A stretch of DNA of 64,000 nt from Methanoregulaceae archaeon (GCA_041305745.1 JBFYKV010000114.1:883-64882), one strand, 5' to 3'; positions 10,592 through 20,517 are shown, counted from the stretch's first letter. Numbers and translations: made by a program. The notes: a model not told the origin generated them from the letters alone.

Positions 10592-11061
10592 TACTGCACC
10601 TCCCTGACAACGATCTCGATGTTCACCGTTTCACGGCGTTTCGGGGTTGCCCTTCCCATCGCCCTCGGGAAGAATGCCTTAATGCCACGTCCGCGGTTTG
10701 CAGAGACATGGATGATCTCCAGGTTCCCGGCATCAAGGCCGATGTATTCGGCATTCTTTCCGACCGATTCGAGCAGCTTGATGTAGGCAAGGGATGCTTT
10801 CTTTGGGTATCTCCCGGCATCCCAGCCTTCCAGTCCCTTCTTGTGGGCCACGTCACGGTTGAATTTACGGAACGGGATGGCCTTTTTCTGGTCGACGACC
10901 AGGTTGAGGTACTCGATTGCATCGCCTGTCTTTTTGTTCCTGATGAACCGGGCAATTTCCATCGCATGTTTTGGTGAGACGGGAAGTTCGTTTGCCTTCG
11001 CACGTGCGATATTCTCACCCTCAATCTTTTGTGAATAGTCTGTTCTTGCCATGGTCATCAC
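10591..11061 (-). CDS. rpl22: 50S ribosomal protein uL22
   Basis: 156 aa, [24 protein letters not shown]. Confidence 0.94.
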   Translation of the reverse strand: MMTMARTDYSQKIEGENIARAKANELPVSPKHAMEIARFIRNKKTGDAIEYLNLVVDQKKAIPFRKFNRDVAHKKGLEGWDAGRYPKKASLAYIKLLESVGKNAEYIGLDAGNLEIIHVSANRGRGIKAFFPRAMGRATPKRRETVNIEIVVREVQ

Positions 11062-11471
11062 TTCAGCGGTACATACTTACTCGACCGGGTCGCACCGATA
11101 CCGGCACTTCCGTGAGCAACCTTCCTGCGGGTCGGTGCAAATTCTCCAAGGTAGTGGAAGACCGACTCCGGCTGGAGTTCGACTTTTATGAACTCTTTCC
11201 CGTTGTAGATCTCGACTTCCTTTCCGATCATTTCCGGCATGATGATCATGTCGCGGAGGTGTGTCCTTATCCTGCTGTCGCCGTTCCTGAACCGTGAGAG
11301 GAGGTGTTCCTCACCCCTGTTCAGACCACGGTTAAATTTGCGGCGTGCACGGGAAGGCATAACCGGTAATAGGTCGGTTATGCCCATGCTCCGCAGGTCG
11401 TCCAGGCGGAACCCGTGGTAGGTGAACTCTTCACGCCGTCTTGGTAGTCTCTTCTGAGTCTTCTTTGCCAT
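11058..11471 (-). CDS. rps19: 30S ribosomal protein uS19
   Basis: 137 aa, [31 protein letters not shown]. Confidence 0.95.
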   Translation of the reverse strand: MAKKTQKRLPRRREEFTYHGFRLDDLRSMGITDLLPVMPSRARRKFNRGLNRGEEHLLSRFRNGDSRIRTHLRDMIIMPEMIGKEVEIYNGKEFIKVELQPESVFHYLGEFAPTRRKVAHGSAGIGATRSSKYVPLK

Positions 11472-11483
11472 ATGCTACCCCTC

Positions 11484-12209
11484 TCACTTCTTGCCCCGGC
11501 CAGTCTTACGGGCCGCTACATGTCCTACAGTCCTTCCTGGTGATGTTCCACGGGCAACGGTCTTTGGCCTGCCAGGGTGCTGGTGACCTCCACCGCCGAA
11601 CGGGTGGTCAATGACGTTCATTGCCACACCCCTGACACGTGGCCAGTTCGATGCAGTGTTTTTCATCTTGTGGAACTTGTTTCCGGCTTTGACGAAGGGT
11701 TTCTCACCGCGGCCGCCACCGGCGACAATCCCGACGGTTGCCATGCAGCGTGAGTTGAACCACTTTGTCTTTCCGCTCGGCATCTGAACGCCGACCTTTG
11801 CCTCGGTCTTATCAACGACGATCGCCTGTACGCCACTTGCACGTACGAACTTGCCGCCATCATTTGGCCGGGCCTCGATATTGCATATGTATGCACCGGT
11901 CGGAATTGCACTCAGGGGGAGTGTGTTGCCGTTCTTCACTTCGATGTCTGCACCCCATGCGACCTCATCGGAAACGCCAATGCCTTCGGTTACCAGCATG
12001 TACATCTTCGATCCGTCCTCAAGGCGTACGAGCGCTATTGGTGTGTGACGTGCCGGGTCGTGTTCGATATCGATAACAGTTCCCCGGACCGTCGCATCGA
12101 TACTGACCGCGTGCTTTAATGCGGCTTTATACCTGTGTGACGGTACCCTGTATGTCGGACCGCCTTTTCCCCTTGCCTGTGTTGTAATTCGATGTCCCAT
12201 GTTCCCCAC
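11484..12209 (-). CDS. rpl2: 50S ribosomal protein uL2
   Basis: 241 aa, VIDHPFGGGGHQHPGRPKTV. Confidence 0.97.
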   Translation of the reverse strand: MGNMGHRITTQARGKGGPTYRVPSHRYKAALKHAVSIDATVRGTVIDIEHDPARHTPIALVRLEDGSKMYMLVTEGIGVSDEVAWGADIEVKNGNTLPLSAIPTGAYICNIEARPNDGGKFVRASGVQAIVVDKTEAKVGVQMPSGKTKWFNSRCMATVGIVAGGGRGEKPFVKAGNKFHKMKNTASNWPRVRGVAMNVIDHPFGGGGHQHPGRPKTVARGTSPGRTVGHVAARKTGRGKK

Positions 12210-12458
12210 CTACATAATGCCAAGGCGGCTGAGTACTTCTTCCGCTGCCTTTTCGTTGGCGAAACTGACGATTGCCTTCTTTTCGCCGCGTGTGGTCATT
12301 ATTGTCGATACACCGGTCACTTCCTGCTCAAAGACCTTCTGGATCTCGCGTTTGATCTGTGACTTGGTTGCATTTCTCTCAACAAGGAACTGGAGCTTGC
12401 TCTGGTTTTCAAGCATCATCATTGCTTTTTCTGTTACAAACGGGTATTTGAGAACCAT
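12210..12458 (-). CDS. rpl23: 50S ribosomal protein uL23
   Basis: 82 aa, YPFVTEKAMMMLENQSKLQFLVERNATKSQIKREI. Confidence 0.93.
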   Translation of the reverse strand: MVLKYPFVTEKAMMMLENQSKLQFLVERNATKSQIKREIQKVFEQEVTGVSTIMTTRGEKKAIVSFANEKAAEEVLSRLGIM

Positions 12459-12459
12459 T

Positions 12460-13206
12460 TCACAGTCCCCCCAGTCTCATTACTGCACTCTCGGTCCACA
12501 CGGTCAGGCGTCCTGCCTGCGTCCCGGGGGCGAGGAGTTCAGTGTTCAGCTGGTCAAATGTCACTACATCAACGCCGGCAAGGTTCTTTGCTGCCTTGAG
12601 CGGGGCGTCTGCAGTTACGATAAGCAGGCTCTTCCTCTGCTTGTAACGCCGTCCACGCATCTTACCGCGTCCGGCACGGACTTTTTTGCTTGCTTTTGAA
12701 CGTTCCACATCTGCATAGACGCCTGCTGCACTGAGCGCTGCAATGACTTCTGTCGTCTTTGCAAGCTCCTCGAAGCGGTCTTCCATGACGATCGGGACTT
12801 CTCCCTCAAACCTGTGACCGCGTGCGCGGACCAGTTCTTCGCAGATACTCGCGGCGATTGCCGAGCGGAATGCCTTTGCCTTTTCTTTCTTATTGATGTA
12901 CCGTACAATGATCTTCTCAACAACCGGCGGATGAGCTTCTCTCCCGCCTTTTGCCTGCGGGACCTTTGCTGCCCGTGAGCCATTTTTGAGTCGTGGTACG
13001 TGGGATACACCCCTTCCACTTCCCCAGCCGACTGCTGATGAGCAGATGCCTGCATAGGGATAGGTGCCGTGCGGCTGCCGCCGGGTGCTCTGGAGGGCGA
13101 TGACCGTCTTTTTGATAAGGTCAGGACGGTATTCCTCTGAAAAGACTGCCGGGAGTTCGATATCGCGGGCAACCGTTCCGTCAATTGATTTTACCTGTGC
13201 TTTCAT
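12460..13206 (-). CDS. rpl4: 50S ribosomal protein uL4
   Basis: 248 aa, [31 protein letters not shown]. Confidence 0.95.
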   Translation of the reverse strand: MKAQVKSIDGTVARDIELPAVFSEEYRPDLIKKTVIALQSTRRQPHGTYPYAGICSSAVGWGSGRGVSHVPRLKNGSRAAKVPQAKGGREAHPPVVEKIIVRYINKKEKAKAFRSAIAASICEELVRARGHRFEGEVPIVMEDRFEELAKTTEVIAALSAAGVYADVERSKASKKVRAGRGKMRGRRYKQRKSLLIVTADAPLKAAKNLAGVDVVTFDQLNTELLAPGTQAGRLTVWTESAVMRLGGL

Positions 13207-13212
13207 CTCATC

Positions 13213-14226
13213 TCACCCCTGTTTGCTCTGGACGCTCACAAACTCAATCGCGGGCTGTCGCACAGCGTGTTCTCCCTGGCGGATTGCCGGCCTGATCCTT
13301 ACAAGTCTTTTTACCGGTCCGGGAACTGAACCCTTGACCAGCACATATGGATTCTGGAGGAACCCGTAGTGCAGGAAACCGCCTGCAGGTGTGATTTCAG
13401 CTACGTTTTCGCCGATCTTGAGAATGCGCTTGTTGAACTCGGTACGCTGCTGGTATCCCAGCTGACCCATCTGCGGGACCTGCCACCTGATATGGTGAGG
13501 GGTCCATGGCCCGAGTGTCCCGACGTGACGCTTTTTGCCACCGCGGGAGTGCTTCCTTTTACGAAGTGAAGTTCCCCAGCGTTTTACCGGGCCCTGGGTG
13601 CCTTTTCCGGTTGTGATTGCAGTAATATCGGCATAGGCCCCGGACTGGATAACGCTGTTTAACGGTACCTCTTTACCAAGCAGTTCAGCTGCAAATTCAA
13701 ATCTTTTTGCAATGTCTGAACCGCCGACTTTAATCTCCATAAGTTCGGGGACCTTCTTCGGGACTCCCGTAACCTGGTGGGGAAGGGTGTGCATGAGGGC
13801 GAAGATTTCGACTACTTTACCGGCTGCAATTCCATCGAGAATAGCTTTCTTTGCAACGGCGCTGTCGTATTTCTTCGGGGCGGTAATCCGTCCTGCAAGA
13901 GCGGGATCAAGGTTATCTGCCCAGACTTCTGTCATCGGGTGTTTGCCATACGAATCGCGCGCATACGCACGGACGGCAGCGACTTTCATGGAGGGAATCT
14001 CGATAACGGTCACGGGGACCATTATGTCCTTCCCTTCTGTCGGGCTGCTTTTATGGTCATCGACCATGATAACATGCGTCATCCCCACTTTATATCCTGC
14101 AAAACCCTGGAGCATCGGGGCCCCGGCGTACTCTGGCCAGGACTGGTATTTCGGCACCTGGCTCTTTGCACGTTTCCGGGGGCTGAATGCAAGGGAACCC
14201 CTGCGTGGCCTGTTTATTTTTGGCAT
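13213..14226 (-). CDS. rpl3: 50S ribosomal protein uL3
   Basis: 337 aa, [26 protein letters not shown]...[11 protein letters not shown]. First gene of the operon. Confidence 0.97.
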   Translation of the reverse strand: MPKINRPRRGSLAFSPRKRAKSQVPKYQSWPEYAGAPMLQGFAGYKVGMTHVIMVDDHKSSPTEGKDIMVPVTVIEIPSMKVAAVRAYARDSYGKHPMTEVWADNLDPALAGRITAPKKYDSAVAKKAILDGIAAGKVVEIFALMHTLPHQVTGVPKKVPELMEIKVGGSDIAKRFEFAAELLGKEVPLNSVIQSGAYADITAITTGKGTQGPVKRWGTSLRKRKHSRGGKKRHVGTLGPWTPHHIRWQVPQMGQLGYQQRTEFNKRILKIGENVAEITPAGGFLHYGFLQNPYVLVKGSVPGPVKRLVRIRPAIRQGEHAVRQPAIEFVSVQSKQG

Positions 14227-14940
14227 GTTTCAATCAATCCTTTTCAAATACTGGTCTTTTGATGCAGGGACATAGATGCCCGTACATGCGGAGGGTCCGA
14301 CAATTTTAATCGTGGAACCTCCAGGCTCTGTCGTGAACCGGTGAACTGGTCCACCGGTCCGGGATCCGAGATTGAGTGATGTTCGAATCTTTTTAAAGCG
14401 ACCCGCGATCGAACGTGGCAGCTATCCTTCTTCGTGCCCATACCATACGACTGGCATGATATGCACACAGCGCCCGGATATTCTGCACTGATATGGTTCA
14501 TCCCGTTGAACCTGCCCGGATAAATCCGGTCAACCAAAGTCTCGCGAAGAGATCCTGACTTTCACGCGTTTTCTGCCAGCATGGCAGAAACGGGCTCGTT
14601 CCGGGAAGACGTCCACCCTTTGCGTGATATCAGATCTACTAAGTCAGCCCGTTGTGAGTGATCACAACTCCGTCTCGGTTACGCCACCCGGGATCTCCGG
14701 ATGACACTACCTGTAATGAACTCCCTTCCGGACACGGCAACCTGTTTTTCAGGTAATTCCCACTTATATCGGGACTTATTCCTGAAATCCGCCACACATC
14801 ATGAGATGCGTTATCCCCGGTCCGGGGAGAGACCTCATATAGGCTTCCATAATAATAGATCAAAAAGGGATATAAACCTTATTGGAAAACAGGGAAAATC
14901 GCATAGCGACCCTTCTTTTTACTGCGAAAAACGCGCTTTT

Positions 14941-15345
14941 TCAGCCGAAATAGAGGTCCCCTTCATCGTTGATATAAACGTCAATATTTTCCCTGATATA
15001 CCGGGCCTTAAACCGCTCCGGGCTTGAATCCCTGATCTTGTTGATGAGGGAAATGGTGTCATATTTCACCTTGATACCTATTTTTTCAGCTTCGCGGTAA
15101 ATAATCGGTGCCACTTCGAGGAGATCCGTACCGGACTGGATGGTGCAGAGATGCGTTGCATCCAGGGTGTAGAGAAATTCCAGCGTTTCTTTTGCTCTCC
15201 TGATATTCTCCATCGCGGATTTTTCTATGGTACAAACATTCGCCTTGGAGGTATCAATTATGTCTGCGATTTGCTGCTGTGTCAATCCCTGCTTCCGGTA
15301 CCGGAGAACTTCTTTCTGGCGTTCGGTAAGCAGACCTTCCTTCAT
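14941..15345 (-). CDS. tfx: Tfx-family DNA-binding transcriptional regulator
   Basis: 134 aa. N-terminal LuxR/sigma-70-region-4-like HTH (LTERQKEVLRYRKQGLTQQQIADIIDTSKANVCTIEKSAMENIRRAK) plus the Tfx C-terminal domain. Confidence 0.75.
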   Translation of the reverse strand: MKEGLLTERQKEVLRYRKQGLTQQQIADIIDTSKANVCTIEKSAMENIRRAKETLEFLYTLDATHLCTIQSGTDLLEVAPIIYREAEKIGIKVKYDTISLINKIRDSSPERFKARYIRENIDVYINDEGDLYFG

Positions 15346-15506
15346 AGTATCCCATTATGTACCTTAAACTTAAACACTTTTCGTTAACATCAGCCCTTTT
15401 TCCGGATTCTGCTTAAGAAGGTATCGGTAATAACGTGAATTATAACCCTGATTAGAAAAGCACCAGTGTAAGACAAAATTCAGGAATCTGAAGAAATTTC
15501 AAAATG

Positions 15507-15514
15507 TTTATATT
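15507..15514 (+). promoter_or_regulatory. TATA-box-like element of the mtd promoter
   Basis: TTTATATT preceded by a purine-rich AAAATG, about 50 nt upstream of the mtd ATG. An SD-like AGAGGTG lies at 15549-15555. Confidence 0.45.
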
Positions 15515-15560
15515 GGCCCGGGCAAATACTAACCTGTTATACAAAAAAAGAGGTGTATAA

Positions 15561-16400
15561 ATGGTAGTTAAAGTAGGAGTTGCCAAATTAGGCAACATTG
15601 CAAGCGGCGTTATGGCCGAACTTCTTCTCGATGAAAGAGCAGACCGTGAGGATATGCAGACATTCATGGCAACAAGCGGGACAAAGCTCCAGCCTGAGGA
15701 CATTGACAGGGTCATTTCCAACATGAAGGCATGGAAGCCTGACTTTGCCATCGTTGTCTCACCAAACGGCGTTCTTCCCGGACCCACCGGTGCACGCGAG
15801 CAGCTTGCAGCGGCAGGGATCCCGGTTGTCGTCATCACTGATGATGTCACCACCAAGAAGGAATGGGCAGATATCAAGGAGAGCAAGTTCGGGTACATCA
15901 TCATGAAGGCAGATTCCATGATTGGTGCACGCCGTGAATTCCTCGACCCCGTGGAAATGGCCGACTATAACGGCAACCTCGTGAAGGTCCTCTCCCTTAC
16001 CGGTGCATTCCGCAAGATGCAGCTTGCACTTGACCAGGTTATCGACCAGGTAAAGGCGGGAAAGAAGGGTGCAGATCTTGTCCTTCCAAAGATCGTCATG
16101 ACCACCGACAAGGCTGTCGATGGCGAATTCACAAACCCCTATGCACTCGCTAAGGCACGTGCAGCATATGAAATCGCATCAGCGGTTGCCATGGTCAACG
16201 TCAAGGGATGCTTCATGACCAAGGAATGGGAGAAATATATTCCGATCGTCAGCAGCGCCCATGAAATGATGAGAGCAGCAGCGCTTCTCTGTGACGAAGC
16301 CCGCGAGCTTGAGAAGGCCTGCGATGGTGTCATCCGCAAGCCTCACAAGAAAGACGGCGTACTCGTCTCCAAGACCAAGCTTATCAGCAAGCCCGAGTAA
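15561..16400 (+). CDS. mtd: F420-dependent methylenetetrahydromethanopterin dehydrogenase
   Basis: 279 aa, [31 protein letters not shown]..., the typical Mtd N-terminus and length. Confidence 0.92.
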   Translation: MVVKVGVAKLGNIASGVMAELLLDERADREDMQTFMATSGTKLQPEDIDRVISNMKAWKPDFAIVVSPNGVLPGPTGAREQLAAAGIPVVVITDDVTTKKEWADIKESKFGYIIMKADSMIGARREFLDPVEMADYNGNLVKVLSLTGAFRKMQLALDQVIDQVKAGKKGADLVLPKIVMTTDKAVDGEFTNPYALAKARAAYEIASAVAMVNVKGCFMTKEWEKYIPIVSSAHEMMRAAALLCDEARELEKACDGVIRKPHKKDGVLVSKTKLISKPE

Positions 16401-16605
16401 CCCCAACATATCATCTTTTTTTAAAGTCCTGTTTTTCCGCTTTTACGTCCGTGAACCTGCTTATCACTCCTTCCCGGTATCTATAAAAAAACAGATAACC
16501 GGTCAGATTTCTCCATTCATGGATCTGAAACGTGGTACTCCTGGATTTGAGATCATAAACCCTGAATTCCGGGGAGAATCTGACTACCACCGGGGTATCA
16601 GGCCG

Positions 16606-17544
16606 TCAGACATCCGGTAATTTACCTCTGCCAGCCCGTCCCAGCTCTTCAGGAAGGGTGAGAATGACGGGTTCAAGATGAATACGCTCCATGAATGCAG
16701 AATCAGACATGGAAGTGGCGTTTGGATTAATGCGGCATATCATTGAGCAGAATGCCCGAAAATCGTTGTCATTCTTTTTGGAGTCAAAAAAAAGGGACAT
16801 ATTGAAGGCATATGTCCCGAGTTGCCGGTATAATTTCAGCACCCTGAGCAACCCTTCGGCAAACAATTCCCGGTAGGGTTCAAATTCTTCAAGAGTTGCG
16901 ACAGGGAGGACCCCCCTGACTTCACGTTCGCCGAGCGGGACTGCATGTGCCATCCAGCATATCTCGTCACCGAATAAATACCGTTCAGAGTTTTTTTCGT
17001 GCGTGACGAGATCTTCCCAGTACGAACTCCTTTTCCGTGCCCGGTACCGCGGGGACTCATCGAGGTAGCGTCCCGCAAGAAATGAAGGTCTGCGATCAGC
17101 AAGTCCCTGCAGGTGGGGATGGGCGATACTGGCACCCGCCGAGGGGAGGTAATTCCAGTTGATGCTCGGATACCCCCCTGATCCGTGAAGCGAGACTCCC
17201 TGCCCCTCAAGGGCATCCATGACCTGGATTTTTGTAAAATTCCCGACGAAATGGTCGCGTGTGATAACCGTTACCGTATGCCGTTCTGAAAAAGGGTACT
17301 TATTCGGGAAAGTAACGCTTTCACCCACACAGATACGGCTGCCGTTCTCAAAGACCGGCGTCTCTGAAAAAAGATTTTTCTCGCAGAACGGGCAGTTTTT
17401 GCCGAATTGCTCCGGGATATACGGTGTATCCAGGCCCCGGGTCCGCCGCTCAGGTGATATCTTGCAGACGAGGCCGGTCAGTGACTCCCGGCGGAGCTGG
17501 AGTATGTTTTTCCCGTGAGACAGTTCTGTGACGGTGAACATCAT
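16606..17544 (-). CDS. GalT-like nucleotidyltransferase (HIT superfamily, galactose-1-phosphate uridylyltransferase family)
   Basis: 312 aa with a zinc-knuckle CPFCEKN and the histidine motif SIAHPHLQG (HxHxQ). Confidence 0.7.
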   Translation of the reverse strand: MMFTVTELSHGKNILQLRRESLTGLVCKISPERRTRGLDTPYIPEQFGKNCPFCEKNLFSETPVFENGSRICVGESVTFPNKYPFSERHTVTVITRDHFVGNFTKIQVMDALEGQGVSLHGSGGYPSINWNYLPSAGASIAHPHLQGLADRRPSFLAGRYLDESPRYRARKRSSYWEDLVTHEKNSERYLFGDEICWMAHAVPLGEREVRGVLPVATLEEFEPYRELFAEGLLRVLKLYRQLGTYAFNMSLFFDSKKNDNDFRAFCSMICRINPNATSMSDSAFMERIHLEPVILTLPEELGRAGRGKLPDV

Positions 17545-17625
17545 TTCCGTATGAATTGTTTATCGAATAACCGTATAAAATTAAGTCCTGTAAAAAAAAG
17601 AGAGATCCGAAATGCCCGGATACAT

Positions 17626-18615
17626 TTATACAACGTACTTGCCGAGCAGGCGGATCGAGGTGGTCATGTCCGGTCCAAGCGGTGAACCGAAGATGATCTG
17701 TGTGACACCTGCCTTTGCGAGGTCCTCACACTTCTGCTTCACGGTGTCGGGGGTTCCGGCGATGGTGAATGCATCGATGGTCTTGTCGTCTACGTTCTCT
17801 CCTGCGGTCTTGAAGTCGAATTTTGCAAGGGCATTCTTGATGTTTGCGACCTTTGCTGCGTCGAGTCCGTGGCGCTGGAGAAGTGGCGGGGGTGATCCGG
17901 CTGCGATGAATGCTGCAACGATCTTTGCTGCGTTGCGGGCCTTCTTCTCGTTCATGTCAATGGACATGGCAGTGTAGGCACCGATGTCAAAGCCCTTCTT
18001 ACCGACCTTGTCGCATGCTGCCTTGATGATCGGGATTGCAACTGCAAAGTCCTTGGGGTTTGATGCGTTGATCAGTGCACCGTCTCCGACGGATCCTGCC
18101 AGCTCGAGTACCTTGGGGCCCTGTGCACCAACGTAAATCGGGATTCCTTTCTTTCCGGGGAGGGTGACACCGGTCAGCTTTGCCCCGTCATAGTCAAAGA
18201 ACTCCATACCAGCCTTCTTGACCTCTTCTCCGGCGGTAAGCTTCCTAATCTGTGCGATTGCCTCACCGAGGCGTGCAACCGGCTTTACAGGGTCAATCGC
18301 AAGCTTCGGGAGGGTTGAGAGGTCTCCGGGTCCGATACCGAGAACGGCACGTCCGTCTGAGATCTCGTTTAATGTGCATGCGAATGAAGCCATCGCGGCG
18401 GGGGTATCGGTAAATGCATTCATGATACCCGGGCCCATCTTCAGGCTGGTGGTCGCGGCTGCAATCATTGCCAGGGTGGGGTAGCAGTGGCGGTTGTTAT
18501 AGTGGTTCGTGATCCATGCATAGTCGATGTCCTTTGATTCTGCAAGCTTACAGTAATTGACTACTTGCTTGACATTGACGTTACCAGGTACAAATTCTAT
18601 TCCATAGGTTGTCAA
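17626..18615 (-). CDS. mer: F420-dependent methylenetetrahydromethanopterin reductase
   Basis: 329 aa, YGIEFVPGN...YAWITNHYNNRHCYPTLAMIAAATTSLKMGPG...GRAVLGIGPGD (luciferase-like fold, Mer signature). Confidence 0.93.
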   Translation of the reverse strand: MTTYGIEFVPGNVNVKQVVNYCKLAESKDIDYAWITNHYNNRHCYPTLAMIAAATTSLKMGPGIMNAFTDTPAAMASFACTLNEISDGRAVLGIGPGDLSTLPKLAIDPVKPVARLGEAIAQIRKLTAGEEVKKAGMEFFDYDGAKLTGVTLPGKKGIPIYVGAQGPKVLELAGSVGDGALINASNPKDFAVAIPIIKAACDKVGKKGFDIGAYTAMSIDMNEKKARNAAKIVAAFIAAGSPPPLLQRHGLDAAKVANIKNALAKFDFKTAGENVDDKTIDAFTIAGTPDTVKQKCEDLAKAGVTQIIFGSPLGPDMTTSIRLLGKYVV

Positions 18616-19110
18616 GGTTCGTACACCTCAGTGTGTAGTACCGAACATGAAGTTAAATAAATTATGATTTATTGCTCACCGTTTGATGATATTGTCACGT
18701 TTTCAATCCAGTTAAAGGATGATACGGGTAGATCGGGGAAATGGTTGTTCCAAATTGAACGTGAACGCAGAGAGTTTTGGATGCTATCGGGTCATATTTA
18801 CCGTATTTGACAGCGAAGCCGGATTGTTCTCATACACCATCCCGGCCTTCCGGAAATAATCCCCGGCCTGTGCATACTGCTCCATTTCCCTGTTGAAGGT
18901 GATATCTCATGAGAAACACTATATTACATCAGAACCGAATAACTGATTATAAAACTGCCAGGGGTGCGGGTATCGTCCCCATGTACAGTATCCGGCCTGC
19001 ACATCACATTTCTGTCATTGATGGATCCGGGGTATGCAACTTACGGATCAGGATGCGGTGCCGGTGGTTCGGGCAGGGCTGTATAACCGGAGAAAAAGAG
19101 TGAGTGGCCA

Positions 19111-20517
19111 ATGCGGATAATACTGATTGGTGTCGGAGGTGCGGGATGCAGGCTTGTCGATCTGTTCTACGCTCAGGATGTCCGATCCCCGGTCAACCGC
19201 TGTCTTGATGCAATAGCGGTCGATCATGACGCAGACGACCTGAACCGTCTCGCCGCCCTGCCTGCCGACCGCAAGCTCTATTTCCAGCGTCTGGACCCGT
19301 CCCGCCCGGACGACATTATTGCAAGTATCACCATTGAAGAGATTATCGCAAAGATACAGTCCCTTGACCCGGGTGATATCGATGCCATCATCATATGCGG
19401 GGGCCTTGGCGGGACGATGGTTGATGTCGTCCCCGACCTCGTCAGCCACATCAGGAACGCAATGATCGAACCTGTTTTCGGGCTTTTTATCCTTCCCTGC
19501 ACACGTGAAGGACTGGAACGTTCTTCCCGGGCCGCTGATGAGATCGATCTCCTGTTACCGGCCCTGGACGGAATAATTCTCTTCGATAACGAGACGTGGT
19601 ACCCCAGGCTGAAAGTTCAGCCCGAACCGGTCCGGAAAAAACAGGACTCCCTGAAATTTCTCCCGCTCCAGAAGCCGAAGGTTGAAGAATCCGTAAAAGA
19701 CCAGACGTATAAAAAGATAAACGATATGATTGTGCGAAGGGTCGGCCTCCTGCTCCGTGCCGGAGAGTATACCGAGAAGGGCGGGATGGACATCGCTGAA
19801 GTGGTCCTTGATGCCGGGGAGGTCCTCAATACCATTCTCGGGATGGGCTTCATTACTATCGGTTATGCCATTGAACCTGTGGTGCAGGGATCATTTGATC
19901 TGGATATAATCGGAAAAATTCGTCCTGCTCCTCCGTCAATCGAGGAAAGCCATAAAAAGGCATCAAAAGTTGTTGACCTCGCAAAACGGGCGATATACCA
20001 GGAAATTTCAACACCATGTGACCTTACAAGTGCAGAAAAGGCGCTTATCCTTATTGCCGGACCCTCACACGAGATGAGCATGAAAGGGTATATGACCGTC
20101 AGAAAATGGATCGACCGGAGCATCCGAGGCCTTGAGGTGCGATCCGGTGACTACCCGGTGAGCAGCTCGCATTTCTTAGCGATCATTATCGTCCTTGCAG
20201 GTCTCCGGAATATACCCCGTATCGATGAGATCAGAAAAATCAGGGACCGCTATCAAAATCCGGATGTGTACGATCCGGGTAATACCCCTGTCGCAGCACC
20301 TTCCGGCTATGACGGTGATATCGTATCTGAAATAGCTGAAATAGCTACCGGAAACAGAGCCTCTCCGGGCGCCGGTCCTTTACCGTCAGATGAAACCGGA
20401 AGAACCGACGGGAACGACCCGGACCTGCATGAAAAAGGCGGATCACCGGGACTGGTATCCCGGCAGGATATCCGGACCGGCGATACAGACGAAGATGATT
20501 TAAACCGGGTCAGATGA
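19111..20517 (+). CDS. divergent tubulin/FtsZ/CetZ-superfamily GTPase-like protein
   Basis: 468 aa. N-terminal MRIILIGVGGAGCRLVD (GxGxxG box). CGGLGGTM sits where FtsZ/tubulin carry GGGTG(S/T)G. A T7-like VVLDAGEVLNTI is present, followed by a roughly 90 aa acidic low-complexity tail. Confidence 0.6.
   Translation: MRIILIGVGGAGCRLVDLFYAQDVRSPVNRCLDAIAVDHDADDLNRLAALPADRKLYFQRLDPSRPDDIIASITIEEIIAKIQSLDPGDIDAIIICGGLGGTMVDVVPDLVSHIRNAMIEPVFGLFILPCTREGLERSSRAADEIDLLLPALDGIILFDNETWYPRLKVQPEPVRKKQDSLKFLPLQKPKVEESVKDQTYKKINDMIVRRVGLLLRAGEYTEKGGMDIAEVVLDAGEVLNTILGMGFITIGYAIEPVVQGSFDLDIIGKIRPAPPSIEESHKKASKVVDLAKRAIYQEISTPCDLTSAEKALILIAGPSHEMSMKGYMTVRKWIDRSIRGLEVRSGDYPVSSSHFLAIIIVLAGLRNIPRIDEIRKIRDRYQNPDVYDPGNTPVAAPSGYDGDIVSEIAEIATGNRASPGAGPLPSDETGRTDGNDPDLHEKGGSPGLVSRQDIRTGDTDEDDLNRVR

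Noticed and set aside
14290-14640. Possible RNase P RNA on the minus strand, based on CR-I/II/III/V-like strings including CACGACAGAGCCUGG.
   Set aside because: The universal GGAAAGUCC and ACAGAA..GGCUUA elements are not both present. I cannot pair a canonical P4 helix: GAAAGUCAGG against CCUGGAGGUU gives only 4-5 bp. It is kept as an open question in the findings and not called as a feature.
14721-14731. SRP-helix-8-like CCGGAAGGGAG on the minus strand.
   Set aside because: It is followed by UUCA instead of the invariant AGCA loop, and a complete, canonical SRP RNA is present at 50680-50991.
14749-14802. C/D-box sRNA-like arrangement on the minus strand: AUGAUGU, 12 nt, AGGA ... CGAUAUA, 12 nt, CUGA.
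   Set aside because: The D' and C' boxes are poor, and the guide regions are locked in a 7+7 bp hairpin (14747-14787). That is not what C/D guides look like.
18780-18905. Short minus-strand frame DITFNREMEQYAQAGDYFRKAGMVYENNPASLSNTVNMTR with a TPR-like pattern in the mer/tubulin-like spacer.
   Set aside because: Only about 40 codons between stops, with no start and no SD. At best it is a decayed gene fragment. It is too short to support a pseudogene call without a database hit.
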